Positions 19,264 through 29,123 are shown, counted from the stretch's first letter. The stretch: 51,587 nt of DNA from an uncultured Acholeplasmataceae bacterium (GCA_964603705.1 CAZRWC010000001.1:1-51587), one strand, 5' to 3'. Notes: generated from the letters alone by a model not told the origin. Numbers and translations are program-made.

Positions 19264-20040
19264 ATGAAAGTAGACATTTTAGCAAGCGGTTCAAAAGGAA
19301 ATCTAATTGCTTTAAGAACAACCAATTATAACATATTAATTGATGTTGGGCTATCATATCGTAAAACAGTTGAAAAACTAAGCGAAATTGATTTAACTTT
19401 AGAAAAAATTGATTTTCTTTTTTTAACTCATGAACACTCTGATCACACAAAAGGTTTAAAACTAATCATTGAAAAGCACCCTGAAATAAAAATATTTTTA
19501 ACTAAAGGAACATTAGATGGATTAAATGACGAAATCAAAGATTTAATTAAGAATTTTGAATTTGTTAAAGCTGATCAAAATTATAATGTAAAAGACATTA
19601 CATTTTATCCAATGATGATGAGTCATGATGCTTATGAACCGGTTGGTTATATTTTTTATATTGATGATAAAAAAATTGTTTTAGTAACAGATACAGGCTA
19701 TTTACATGAATCTTATTATGATTTAATTAGAAATGCTAATTTATATATTTTAGAATCTAATCACGATGAACATATGCTCATGCACTCACCAAGAAGAACT
19801 CATTCTTTAAAAATGCGAATTCTTAGTGAAAAGGGACATTTATCTAATGATCAAGCCGCTAAAATAGTTAATAAAGTTGTCGATAAAAATCATTTTGCGA
19901 TTTGGGCTTTACACCACATATCAGAAGATTGTAATAAAATCGAAAAAATTGAAAAAGCAATTGTTAAAAATCTTGATAATCCCTTTAAAATTAATTTAGT
20001 TTACACCTCGCAAGAAAGTTCAGAGACGATAGAAATATGA
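19264..20040 (+). CDS. MBL-fold metallo-hydrolase, YycJ/WalJ-like
   Basis: 258 aa with ASGSKGN, LIDVGLS, the metal motif THEHSDH, VTDTGY and HLSN at the C-terminus. Confidence 0.85.
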   Translation: MKVDILASGSKGNLIALRTTNYNILIDVGLSYRKTVEKLSEIDLTLEKIDFLFLTHEHSDHTKGLKLIIEKHPEIKIFLTKGTLDGLNDEIKDLIKNFEFVKADQNYNVKDITFYPMMMSHDAYEPVGYIFYIDDKKIVLVTDTGYLHESYYDLIRNANLYILESNHDEHMLMHSPRRTHSLKMRILSEKGHLSNDQAAKIVNKVVDKNHFAIWALHHISEDCNKIEKIEKAIVKNLDNPFKINLVYTSQESSETIEI

Positions 20041-20459
20041 AAATAATCGCGATAGGTAAAAATAAAAAGAAATTTGTAAATGAGGGAATACAGTTTTATC
20101 AAAAACAAATTTCTAAATTAGAAATAATCGAATTAAAACAATCTAACCCAACAGAAGAAGGAAAATTAATTTTAAAATCTCTTAAATTTGATGATTATGT
20201 AATTTTATTAGATGTAAGTTCAAAAACAATCAATAGCATAGAATTTGCTAGGTTATTAGCTGATATAAAAAATAAAACTTCGCAAATTGTTTTTTTAATC
20301 GGTGGCTCAAAGGGGTTTTCAGAAGAAGTGAAAAAAATAGCAAATCAGAAAATTAGTTTTTCAAAAATGACCTTTCCGCACGAACTATTTAGATTAATTT
20401 TAGTTGAACAAATTTATCGTGCTGAATCAATCAATAATAATTCACCATATCATAAATAA
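20037..20459 (+). CDS. rlmH: 23S rRNA (pseudouridine1915-N3)-methyltransferase RlmH (SPOUT)
   Basis: 140 aa with MKIIAIGK, YQKQI, VILLDVSSK, FLIGGSKGFSEEV, MTFPHELFRLILVEQIYRA. An ATGA overlap links it to the preceding gene. Confidence 0.85.
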   Translation: MKIIAIGKNKKKFVNEGIQFYQKQISKLEIIELKQSNPTEEGKLILKSLKFDDYVILLDVSSKTINSIEFARLLADIKNKTSQIVFLIGGSKGFSEEVKKIANQKISFSKMTFPHELFRLILVEQIYRAESINNNSPYHK

Positions 20460-20541
20460 AATTAATGCAAAATAACATTTTTTGTAGTAAAATATTAATA
20501 CAATATGATAATCATATTAAAAAAAGAAAAGGAAGAAAAAT

Positions 20542-21051
20542 ATGAAAAAGAAAAACAAAGAAGGATTCTTTCAAGGATTTAAAAAATTTATTTCAAGAGG
20601 CAATGTTTTAGATCTTGCAGTCGGGGTAGTAATAGGAGGAGCATTTGGAAAAATTGTTTCATCTTTAGTTAATCATATTATTATGCCACTAATAGCCGCA
20701 ATTTTCGGGGGTAAAGGTGTTGAGGGGTTATATTTGGTAATTCGCGGAAATTCACCAACCGATCCAAATGTAATTGCCGGTTTAGAACCTGTTGGTGCGA
20801 TTCTTTATTATGGAGAGTTTCTACAAACAATTATTGATTTTCTAATTATCGCGTTTTTCATTTATTTATTTATTGTTGTAATAATTCAAGGAAGTATGAA
20901 ACGCGCTGCTGAAAAGAAAGCGGAATTATTAGCTCAAAATCAACCAGAAGAAGAACCAGAACCAGAGCCTGAACCAGTTGTGCCAGAAGATATTCAACTA
21001 TTAACCGAAATCAGAGATCAATTAAGGACCTTAAACGAACAAAAAAAATAA
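20542..21051 (+). CDS. mscL: Large-conductance mechanosensitive channel with an extended acidic Pro/Glu tail
   Basis: 169 aa with FKKFISRGNVLDLAVGVVIGGAFGKIVSSLVNHIIMPLI, the canonical MscL TM1. TM2 is FLIIAFFIYLFIV. The C-terminal extension contains EEEPEPEPEPVVPE. Confidence 0.92.
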   Translation: MKKKNKEGFFQGFKKFISRGNVLDLAVGVVIGGAFGKIVSSLVNHIIMPLIAAIFGGKGVEGLYLVIRGNSPTDPNVIAGLEPVGAILYYGEFLQTIIDFLIIAFFIYLFIVVIIQGSMKRAAEKKAELLAQNQPEEEPEPEPEPVVPEDIQLLTEIRDQLRTLNEQKK

Positions 21052-21070
21052 CTAATTAAAAATATGAAAT

Positions 21071-21093
21071 AAGGGCCCAAACTAAGGGCCCTT
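21071..21093 (+). terminator. GC-rich hairpin after mscL (weak terminator candidate)
   Basis: aagggccc-aaactaa-gggccctt is an 8-bp stem, but the 3' tail is ttaatt rather than a clean T-run. Confidence 0.4.
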
Positions 21094-21105
21094 AATTGTG
21101 AAAAT

Positions 21106-21888
21106 ATGGAAAATTTAAAAGTTTTAAAAACTGAATCAAATTTCAAAACTACCATCAAAATCAAAGACGTAACTATCGGTGATGGCTCTTTTGTTTTAAT
21201 TGCTGGGCCGTGTTCTATTGAAGATTATGATTCACTAGATAAAATTGGTTCATTAATTTCTAAAAATGGTGGCAAGATTTTAAGGGGTGGCGCCTTTAAA
21301 CTTAGAACATCGCCCTATAGCTTTCAAGGATTAGGCACAAAAGCTTTAATCGATTTATATAAAATTGGACAAAAATATAATCTTGTAACAATAAGTGAAT
21401 TAACGGATTTAAGCCATTTAGAAGATTATTTAAAATATGTTGATATTATTCAAGTTGGTGCCAGAAATATGAATAATTATGAAATGCTTAAAAAGTTAGG
21501 TAAGATTAGAAAACCAATTTTATTAAAGCGAGGACCTGATGCAACGATTTATGAATGGTTATATGCAGCTGAATATTTACTATCAGCAGGAAATAAAGAA
21601 GTAATCTTATGTGAAAGAGGGATAAGAACATTTGAAACCTATACTAGAAACACTTTAGATATTAGTGCTGTTTTAGCGGTTAAGAAATTATCTCATTTAC
21701 CTATTTTTGTTGACCCTTCACACGGTACTGGCCGATCTGAGATGGTTGTACCATTAGTTATGGCCAGTAAAGTAGTTGGGGCTGATGGTGCGATGATAGA
21801 AATAGCTGAAATACCAGAAAAAGCTCTTAGTGATGGAAAACAAGCAATAAATTTTGATGAATATGAGGAGATGGTGAAAAAACTATGA
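21106..21888 (+). CDS. 3-deoxy-7-phosphoheptulonate (DAHP) synthase, unadorned type I-beta
   Basis: 260 aa with IAGPCSIE, LRGGAFKLRTSPYSFQGLG, QVGARNMNNYEMLK, LLKRG, LCERGIRTFE, RNTLDISAV and DPSHGTG. No N- or C-terminal regulatory domain is present. Confidence 0.93.
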   Translation: MENLKVLKTESNFKTTIKIKDVTIGDGSFVLIAGPCSIEDYDSLDKIGSLISKNGGKILRGGAFKLRTSPYSFQGLGTKALIDLYKIGQKYNLVTISELTDLSHLEDYLKYVDIIQVGARNMNNYEMLKKLGKIRKPILLKRGPDATIYEWLYAAEYLLSAGNKEVILCERGIRTFETYTRNTLDISAVLAVKKLSHLPIFVDPSHGTGRSEMVVPLVMASKVVGADGAMIEIAEIPEKALSDGKQAINFDEYEEMVKKL

Positions 21889-22904
21889 GTAAAATTGAAA
21901 TGGGAAATTATGCTATTTTATTTGTTGATAAAATCAAAGAATTAGATCAATATTTTGACAAATTTAATAATCATAATAAAGTATTTGTTATAACTGATTC
22001 AACAGTATATGGCTTATTTAAGGCAAATTTTGAAGAACTGACTAAAAGAGAAATTGTTTGGCTGGTTGTTCCGGCTGGAGATTCAAATAAAAACACGGAC
22101 TCTTATTTAAAACTATTAACTGATTTAATTGAAAAGCATTTAAATAAAACTGATTTAATAGTTGCATTTGGTGGCGGTATGATAACCGATTTAACTGGAT
22201 TTGTAGCAGCGACCATTTATCGTGGCGTGCGTTTTATTTCCATTCCTACGAGTTTAATAGCTCAAATTGATAGTTCAGTAGGTGGTAAAAACGGAATCAA
22301 TTATTCCAGTTATAAAAACCAAGTTGGTTCATTTTATGATCCGGTAATGGTCTTAATTAGTCATGAATGGCTTGAAAAACTGCCAGAAAGACAAATATTA
22401 AATGCTATGGGCGAAATAGTAAAAACCGCTTTAATAGGCGATTTAAAACTATATGAGTACTTAGAAAAAAATCCAAATATTGAAATAACTCAAAAACTGA
22501 TTAAAAAAGCAATTATGATTAAAAGAAAATTTGTACTTAAGGATTACTACGATCAAAATGTTAGACATGTTCTTAATTTTGGTCATACCTATGGTCATGC
22601 AATTGAATCTGAATCTAATTTTAACATTAGCCATGGTGAAGCGGTTGCTCATGGACTTTTAAAATCTTTAGAAATAGGGGAAAGACTAAAAATCACCCAA
22701 CCAGGCTTAAAAGATCGTGTTGAAAAACATCTTTTTAAAGCTAAAATAATTGAAAAAATTATTCCATATGAAAAATATAAAGGTTTTTTAAAACAAGATA
22801 AAAAGTCTGACATCGGCGGAATAAATCTGGTATTGTTAGAAAAAATTGCCACTCCAGTAATTTTAAAGATTACTTGGGAAAACTTAGATGAAATTGCTAG
22901 TTGA
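21885..22904 (+). CDS. aroB: 3-dehydroquinate synthase
   Basis: 339 aa with FGGGMITDLTGFVAAT, IPTSLIAQIDSSVGGKNGIN, NFGHTYGHAIE and HGEAVAHG. Confidence 0.9.
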   Translation: MSKIEMGNYAILFVDKIKELDQYFDKFNNHNKVFVITDSTVYGLFKANFEELTKREIVWLVVPAGDSNKNTDSYLKLLTDLIEKHLNKTDLIVAFGGGMITDLTGFVAATIYRGVRFISIPTSLIAQIDSSVGGKNGINYSSYKNQVGSFYDPVMVLISHEWLEKLPERQILNAMGEIVKTALIGDLKLYEYLEKNPNIEITQKLIKKAIMIKRKFVLKDYYDQNVRHVLNFGHTYGHAIESESNFNISHGEAVAHGLLKSLEIGERLKITQPGLKDRVEKHLFKAKIIEKIIPYEKYKGFLKQDKKSDIGGINLVLLEKIATPVILKITWENLDEIAS

Positions 22905-24135
22905 GCCACGACCACTAAATGGCCGTGTCACAATGCCTGGTTCTAAATCACTTTCATTAAGAGCTTTGGTTGCAGCAAGTTTAGCAGAAGGAAAATCTAC
23001 AATATCTAATTTGTTGGATTCTGCTGATACTAAATATGCCATTAAATTTTTGAAAGATGCCGGTATAAATATAAATATTATCAATGATAAAGTTGTGATA
23101 AATGGCAACACTTTTAATGATACAAAACCGATTTTTAATGCTGGGAGTTCAGCTACTATTTGGCGCTTTATGATTCCTATCTTAGTTTATAAATTTGGCA
23201 GAATAAGTATAACAGGCCATAGTGATTTGCTTTCAAGACCTCTTTTTGAAAATCTTGAATTTTTAAATTATCAAGAAGTAGAAAAAGATATTTATGAAAT
23301 TAGCGGGATAATAAAAGCCGGACATTATAAAATTTCTCCCAAACTAACAAGTCAAGTAGTAAGTGGATTATTATTTTTATTACCACTACTAAAAGGTAAT
23401 TCTAAAATTGAATTAACTGGTGATATTGCATCTTATGGTTATTTAAAGATGACATATGATTTTTTAAAAAGTATAGGGATTAAAATGAGTATTAAAAACA
23501 ACTTGATTTTTATTACCGGCAACCAAAAATATAAAGCCTTTGATTACGATGTAGAAGGCGATTATTCATTGGCAGCCAACTACTTAATTATGGGCCTAAG
23601 AAAGGATTCAAATATAATAGTAGAAGGATTAATAGATCCTCAAAAATCACTACAATCAGATGCGAAAATAGTCGATATTTTAGAACTAGCCAATGTTAAA
23701 ACTGCTTATAACGACGGAGCTTTGCAAATAATTAATAAAGAAATTATTAAGCCATTTGAATATGATTTTACAAATAATATTGATATTATTCCGATTTGTA
23801 GTGTAATTGCTTTATTGACCGATGGAATTTCAAGGTTTAAGGGAATATTAAATTTACGATTTAAAGAATCTAATCGCCTAGAGGCGGTTTTTATGAATGT
23901 TCGTCGGGTTGGTTATGTGAAAATATTTGGTAACGAGTTAACTATTAGCGGTCCAATTAAACATTATGATTACCAATTTGATGCTTATAATGATCATCGG
24001 ATTATCATGGCTTCGATAAGTTTAGCTAATTTTTTTGATCGTCCAATTCTAATTAAAAACTGTAATTATATAGAAAAATCACATCCGCAATTTTTTCGAA
24101 ACTTTATTGATTTAGGAGGTAAATTAAATGACTGA
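22888..24135 (+). CDS. aroA: 3-phosphoshikimate 1-carboxyvinyltransferase (EPSP synthase)
   Basis: 415 aa with LNGRVTMPGSKSLSLRALV, SAQVVSGLLF-like TSQVVSGLLFLLPL, LRFKESNRL and DHRIIMA. It overlaps the aroB 3' end by 17 nt. Confidence 0.9.
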   Translation: MKLLVEPRPLNGRVTMPGSKSLSLRALVAASLAEGKSTISNLLDSADTKYAIKFLKDAGININIINDKVVINGNTFNDTKPIFNAGSSATIWRFMIPILVYKFGRISITGHSDLLSRPLFENLEFLNYQEVEKDIYEISGIIKAGHYKISPKLTSQVVSGLLFLLPLLKGNSKIELTGDIASYGYLKMTYDFLKSIGIKMSIKNNLIFITGNQKYKAFDYDVEGDYSLAANYLIMGLRKDSNIIVEGLIDPQKSLQSDAKIVDILELANVKTAYNDGALQIINKEIIKPFEYDFTNNIDIIPICSVIALLTDGISRFKGILNLRFKESNRLEAVFMNVRRVGYVKIFGNELTISGPIKHYDYQFDAYNDHRIIMASISLANFFDRPILIKNCNYIEKSHPQFFRNFIDLGGKLND

Positions 24136-25189
24136 TTATTTAACAATAGCTCGTAAAAAAATTGATCAAATTGATCATAAAATGATTAAACTGTTTGAAC
24201 AAAGACTTGAAGTCTCAAGAAATCTTGGTCTATATAAAAAGACACGCAAACTATCTGTTTATAATCCTAGACGAGAATTAGAATTACTAAATCAAAACAT
24301 GAGAAAATTAAGAAATGTCAAAGAAAATGGTATTTATTATCGGAAGTTTTTTAACACGGTTTTATCAATTAGCAAAATTGTGCAACGTGAAAAAATAACT
24401 CATAAGTGTGGCTTATTAGGGAAAAATTTAACACATTCAAAATCGCCATTAATTCATAATGTAATTTCTAATCTTAGTAAACGTTCATATAGTTATGAAT
24501 TAATTGAAATTGAAGAACTAAATGATGTGAAACCTTATCTTAAAATGTTAAAAAACGGTGAATATTTAGGTTTTAATGTTACTATGCCATATAAAAATTC
24601 TATTATCAAATACTGCGATTATTTGACGCCTATTTCATATTTGACAGGTTCAGTGAATACTCTTTATGTTAAAAGAGGTAAAATTTATGGTGATAATACT
24701 GATTACTATGGCTTAAAATTTAGTATAAATGAAATACCATTTGATCTAACAAATCATACAATTCATATTTTAGGTACCGGTTCTACAGCTAAGACCGCTG
24801 GTTACATTTTAAATGAGAAAAAAGTTTCTACCAAATTTGTATCTAGAGACGCAACTAACAAAAAGCTTAATTTTCCTATCATCAATTATGATGAACTCGA
24901 AAAAGAAAATATCGATATTATAATAAATGCAACTCCAGTTGGTATGTATCCAAATGTAAATGAAAGAATTATTAAAAAAGATATTGCAAAACAAGCCAAT
25001 TATGCTCTTGATATGATTTATAATCCTGAGAAATCATTGTTGTTAGAAGATGCTAAAGCTGGTTCAAACGGTTTACATATGTTGATAGTTCAAGCCTTAG
25101 AATCATTTAAATTATGGTTTGCTTTTCAATTAAGTGTTACAAAATCAACCGTAGAAAAAGTAAAAACTAACTATGATAAATTACTATAA
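24128..25189 (+). CDS. aroE: Fusion protein: AroQ-type chorismate mutase (N-terminal ~90 aa) plus shikimate 5-dehydrogenase
   Basis: The N-terminus is IARKKIDQIDHKMIKLFEQRLEVSRNLGLYKK...NPRRELELL, a CM_2 helical pattern. It is followed by GLLGKNLTHSKSPLIHN, NVTMPYK, NTDYYG, GTGSTAK and NATPVGM, which are AroE motifs. A strong SD (ggagg) lies upstream. Confidence 0.8.
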   Translation: MTDYLTIARKKIDQIDHKMIKLFEQRLEVSRNLGLYKKTRKLSVYNPRRELELLNQNMRKLRNVKENGIYYRKFFNTVLSISKIVQREKITHKCGLLGKNLTHSKSPLIHNVISNLSKRSYSYELIEIEELNDVKPYLKMLKNGEYLGFNVTMPYKNSIIKYCDYLTPISYLTGSVNTLYVKRGKIYGDNTDYYGLKFSINEIPFDLTNHTIHILGTGSTAKTAGYILNEKKVSTKFVSRDATNKKLNFPIINYDELEKENIDIIINATPVGMYPNVNERIIKKDIAKQANYALDMIYNPEKSLLLEDAKAGSNGLHMLIVQALESFKLWFAFQLSVTKSTVEKVKTNYDKLL

Positions 25190-26144
25190 TAATAAGATAA
25201 AAATTAATATAACGGGTTTATCTCATAGTAATGAAATGAGCATATCATTAAATGGAATTCCGAGTGGAATTGTTTTTAATTTTGATTTTTTTGAAAATGA
25301 ATTAGCCAGGAGAAGACCAACTGAAAAATATGAGTCAAGTAGGATTGAAAAAGATGAATATAAAATTATCTCAGGAATTACTGATGGGAAAACAGACGGA
25401 GATTTGCTAACAATTAGTTTTAAAAATAAATTATATAATAAACAGGAGTATGATGATTTTATCAATCATCCTAGACCTGGTCATACTGATTTTATATCTT
25501 TAATTAAATATAAGAAAACATTTTCTGGCAGCGGAATTTTTTCCGGTAGGATGACTTTATTATTAGTAGCAGCAGGCGCGATTGCTAAAATGTGTTTACC
25601 TTACAAATTTAAAAGCGAAATCACCCATATAACCGGATTAGAAAACTTAAAGAATAAGGAAGAATATTTAAATCAAATAAAACAATTAGAAGATAGTGCT
25701 GGAGCAAGAATCAAAATCACTATTGAAAATGTTGAATTGGGCCTAGGTAAGCCTTTATTTAATAAAGCAACTTCGAAAATCGCTGCTTTTTTATTTGTCG
25801 TACCTGGCGTTAAAGGGGTATTGTTTGGTGATGATTTTATAACAGACAATTTATTAGGAAGTACTTATAATGATGTTTATGTTAATGAATTTGGAAAAAC
25901 AAAAACAAACCACTCAGGTGGTTTTAACGGCGGCCTTACAAACGGAAATACCTTGCTTATTAATGTTGATATGAGGCCTGCTTCAAGTATAAGAAAAGAA
26001 CAAACCACTTATAATTTTGAAAAAAAAGTTCAGTTGCCCCTTTCAATAAGCGGTAGACACGATGCTTTTTATCAAAAAAGGGCTCAAGTGGTTTTAGAAG
26101 CAATTATTGCTTTAGCCTTATTAGACTTACGTTTAGATTTATAA
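25173..26144 (+). CDS. aroC: Chorismate synthase (short, divergent)
   Basis: 323 aa with HPRPGHTDF, GRMTLLLVAAGAIAK, GGFNGGLTNGN, SGRHDA. The N-terminal signature is GLSHS rather than the canonical GESHG. Confidence 0.75.
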   Translation: MINYYNNKIKINITGLSHSNEMSISLNGIPSGIVFNFDFFENELARRRPTEKYESSRIEKDEYKIISGITDGKTDGDLLTISFKNKLYNKQEYDDFINHPRPGHTDFISLIKYKKTFSGSGIFSGRMTLLLVAAGAIAKMCLPYKFKSEITHITGLENLKNKEEYLNQIKQLEDSAGARIKITIENVELGLGKPLFNKATSKIAAFLFVVPGVKGVLFGDDFITDNLLGSTYNDVYVNEFGKTKTNHSGGFNGGLTNGNTLLINVDMRPASSIRKEQTTYNFEKKVQLPLSISGRHDAFYQKRAQVVLEAIIALALLDLRLDL

Positions 26145-28094
26145 ATGAGATTAGAAGATATCAAAGGTATTGGTAAAAAAACAGCTTGGAATTTAAGACA
26201 GTACGGAATATGGAATGTTCAAGATCTTATTAACTATATACCTAAAAAATATGAAAACTTTGAAATAAAAAATTTCAACGAATTAAAACATAATGATGAT
26301 GTAACATTAATTGCCGAAATCATCAGTTTTAATGTGTTTCAACAATCTAAAACACATCTAATTAAATTAGTCGTTAAAAATGATATTTTTAGGATAAATG
26401 TTTTAGTATTCAATCGAGAATATCTTAATAAATTTTTAAAAGTTGATCAGAAACTATTAATCAAAGGTAAATATAATTTGTATAAAAACGAAATAAATGC
26501 CAGTTATATTTCAACTAATCTTAATAAAAAAACTTTATCACCATTATATAATTTACCTGATATTTCAAATTATATTATTAGTAAAGCAATTTTTAACGTT
26601 TTTCTTCAAAACGACATTCTAATTGTAGACCTTATTCCCCAAGAAATATTAACCAAAAAGCAGTTATTAAATAAAAAAGATGCACTTTATTTAGCTCATT
26701 TTCCCAAGTCTGAAGCTGATATCAAACGAGCTAATGAAACTTTCAAATACGAAGAAGCAATCCAACTACATACAACAATCCTTTTAAATTCTCCAACGAA
26801 GGTTTCAAAAGATCCTTTAAACTATGATTTAGATTTTGTAAAAAAAGTTATTCTAGCCTTACCATTTGAGTTGACTACGGATCAAAAGAATGTTGTAAAT
26901 GATATCTTTAGAGATTTTAAAAGGAATTATCGTGTACAAAGATTAATTCAAGGAGACGTTGGAAGCGGTAAAACGGTTGTTGCCTTGCTAGGAGCCATAG
27001 GGGCAATTAGCGCGGGCAAGCAAGCTGTAATTATGGCACCAACTGAAATATTAGCGCAGCAACACTTCTTAAATTTTTCTAATTTGCTACCAGATATAAA
27101 AATCGAATTATTAACGAGTAAATCAAAAAATAAATCAGAAATCAAAAACAAATTAAAGTCAGGAGAAATCCAACTATTAATTGGTACTCATTCAGTTGCA
27201 AGCAAAGATATTTATTATCATGATTTAGGGTTACAAATTATTGATGAGCAACATAAATTTGGGGTTGAAATTAGAAACGAGTTATTTTTAAAAGGATTAA
27301 ATGCTAACACTATTTATTTGACAGCTACCCCAATTCCACGGACCATGGCCAAACTTTTATTTAATAATCTTGAAATATCAACTATTAGAAGTAAACCTCA
27401 CCAACAATTAGTTAAAACTATTTATCTTGAAGATGATAATTTATCGGTTATTGAAAATCAAATAACTAACACCATTAATCAAAAAGAACAAGTTTTTGTT
27501 GTCGTTCCCGCTATTAAGTCACAATTAAAAACTAATATTGAGGAAGCAGAAAAATGGTTAATATCAAAATTTAACACGCCTTTATTTGTTGTACATGGAA
27601 AAAAAGATAGTCAAGAAAACGAAAGAAATATTACACAATTTGTAAATACACCGGGAGCGATTTTGCTATCGACTACGATGATAGAAGTCGGCATGGATGT
27701 TAAAAACGCGACTTTAATGATAATTTTAGGAGCTGAAAATTTCGGATTAGCACAACTACATCAATTACGGGGAAGAATCGGAAGAAATAATTTAGAATCA
27801 ATTTGTTACTTAGTAAGTGAAAAGCAAGATTTTGAAAGACTAGAGTTATTAACTAAAATAAATGATGGCTTTTTATTAAGTAAATATGATTTAAAAACTA
27901 GAGGACCAGGTGAATTTCTAGGGCTAAAGCAAAGTGGAGCATTTAAAGCAACTTTTCTTGATTTTGAACAAGATTATGATTTAATGTTAGATGCCAAAAA
28001 TGAGGCTATTAAGATTTTAAAAGATCCAAATTATAAAACTAATCCTCAAAATTATATTCTCTTGAAAAAAATCAAAGAGAATAATATGTTATAA
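26145..28094 (+). CDS. recG: ATP-dependent DNA helicase RecG
   Basis: 649 aa with an N-terminal wedge/OB region, Walker A GDVGSGKTVVA, DEQHKFG, TATPIPRT, the motif VI QLHQLRGRIGR and the C-terminal TRGPGEFLG. Confidence 0.93.
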   Translation: MRLEDIKGIGKKTAWNLRQYGIWNVQDLINYIPKKYENFEIKNFNELKHNDDVTLIAEIISFNVFQQSKTHLIKLVVKNDIFRINVLVFNREYLNKFLKVDQKLLIKGKYNLYKNEINASYISTNLNKKTLSPLYNLPDISNYIISKAIFNVFLQNDILIVDLIPQEILTKKQLLNKKDALYLAHFPKSEADIKRANETFKYEEAIQLHTTILLNSPTKVSKDPLNYDLDFVKKVILALPFELTTDQKNVVNDIFRDFKRNYRVQRLIQGDVGSGKTVVALLGAIGAISAGKQAVIMAPTEILAQQHFLNFSNLLPDIKIELLTSKSKNKSEIKNKLKSGEIQLLIGTHSVASKDIYYHDLGLQIIDEQHKFGVEIRNELFLKGLNANTIYLTATPIPRTMAKLLFNNLEISTIRSKPHQQLVKTIYLEDDNLSVIENQITNTINQKEQVFVVVPAIKSQLKTNIEEAEKWLISKFNTPLFVVHGKKDSQENERNITQFVNTPGAILLSTTMIEVGMDVKNATLMIILGAENFGLAQLHQLRGRIGRNNLESICYLVSEKQDFERLELLTKINDGFLLSKYDLKTRGPGEFLGLKQSGAFKATFLDFEQDYDLMLDAKNEAIKILKDPNYKTNPQNYILLKKIKENNML

Positions 28095-28118
28095 TTTTAA
28101 TGAAGGGAATTGAAAAAT

Positions 28119-29123
28119 ATGATTAAAATCGCAATCGATGCCATGGGTGGAGACCATGCACCAAAAGAAATTGTCTTAGGCACTTTAGAGGCTTTAAATC
28201 AATTTAAAGATATAGAAGTGCTTTTATATGGTGATCAAGCCCAAATTACTCAATGGACAGATGGCCACGAAAGACTAAAAATAATCCACACAGATAAATA
28301 TTTAAGTATGGATGAAGAAGATCCGGTTAAAGCTTTTCGACAAAATCGCGAAGCTTCAATGTTTTTAGCTATGAAAGCAGTTAAAGACCAAGAAGCTGCG
28401 GCAGTAGTTAGTGCCGGTCCTACTCAAGGTTTAGTAATTGGTGGGCATTTCGTTTTAAAAAGAATTAGTGGAATGAAAAGAATTGCTTTGACACCTATTT
28501 TGCCATCTTTTGATGGACGCGTTAGAATTTTATTAGATGCAGGCGCTAACGTTGATTTAAAACCTCAGCATTTGCTAGACTTTGCAATCGGCGCTAACAT
28601 AATAGCAACCAATTATTTAAAAATCAATCATCCCAAAGTTGGCTTATTAAATATTGGTTCTGAAGAAGGTAAAGGCAGACAAATTGATATCGAGACCTAC
28701 AATCTTTTAAATGAAAATAGCCAAATTAATTTTATAGGTAACATCGAACCTAAAGAAGTATTTAATTCTGAGGTTGATATAATTTTAGCTGATGGTTTTA
28801 CTGGAAACATTTTCCTAAAATCTTTAGAAGGCATGGCCACTGCCTTTATGAATGCTATAAAAAATGAAGTTCAATCTTCATTTAAAAATAAAATGGGAGC
28901 ATTATTAATGAAAAAGGCTTTTAAGAAAATAAAAAACACTTCTGATCCTGCCAATGTGGGTGGAGCTATTTTACTTGGAGTCGATGGTTTATTAATTAAA
29001 GCCCACGGATCATCAAATAGGGTTGCTTTTTTTAATGCTATTAGGCAAGCAAGGGAAATGATTAAGGCCGAGGTAATGCCATTAATAAAAGCATCACTAG
29101 AAAGAAGTGATGATGATGAATGA
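28119..29123 (+). CDS. plsX: Phosphate acyltransferase PlsX
   Basis: It has MIKIAIDAMGGDHAP, AVVSAGPTQG, DAGANVD, ADGFTGNI, GVDGLLIKAHGSS. ATG 28119 is preferred over the TTG at 28110 used in the ORF track. Confidence 0.93.
   Translation: MIKIAIDAMGGDHAPKEIVLGTLEALNQFKDIEVLLYGDQAQITQWTDGHERLKIIHTDKYLSMDEEDPVKAFRQNREASMFLAMKAVKDQEAAAVVSAGPTQGLVIGGHFVLKRISGMKRIALTPILPSFDGRVRILLDAGANVDLKPQHLLDFAIGANIIATNYLKINHPKVGLLNIGSEEGKGRQIDIETYNLLNENSQINFIGNIEPKEVFNSEVDIILADGFTGNIFLKSLEGMATAFMNAIKNEVQSSFKNKMGALLMKKAFKKIKNTSDPANVGGAILLGVDGLLIKAHGSSNRVAFFNAIRQAREMIKAEVMPLIKASLERSDDDE

Noticed and set aside
21069-21093. Direct repeat TAAGGGCCC x2 after mscL as a possible regulatory or REP-like element
   Set aside because: GGGCCC is self-complementary, so the pair simply forms the terminator-like hairpin. 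There is only one copy pair in the window.
22461-23111. Three minus-strand ORFs (22461-22652, 22649-22915, 22884-23111) antisense to aroB/aroA
   Set aside because: They overlap conserved shikimate genes, show Phe/Ile/Ser-rich shadow-frame composition, and have no SD.
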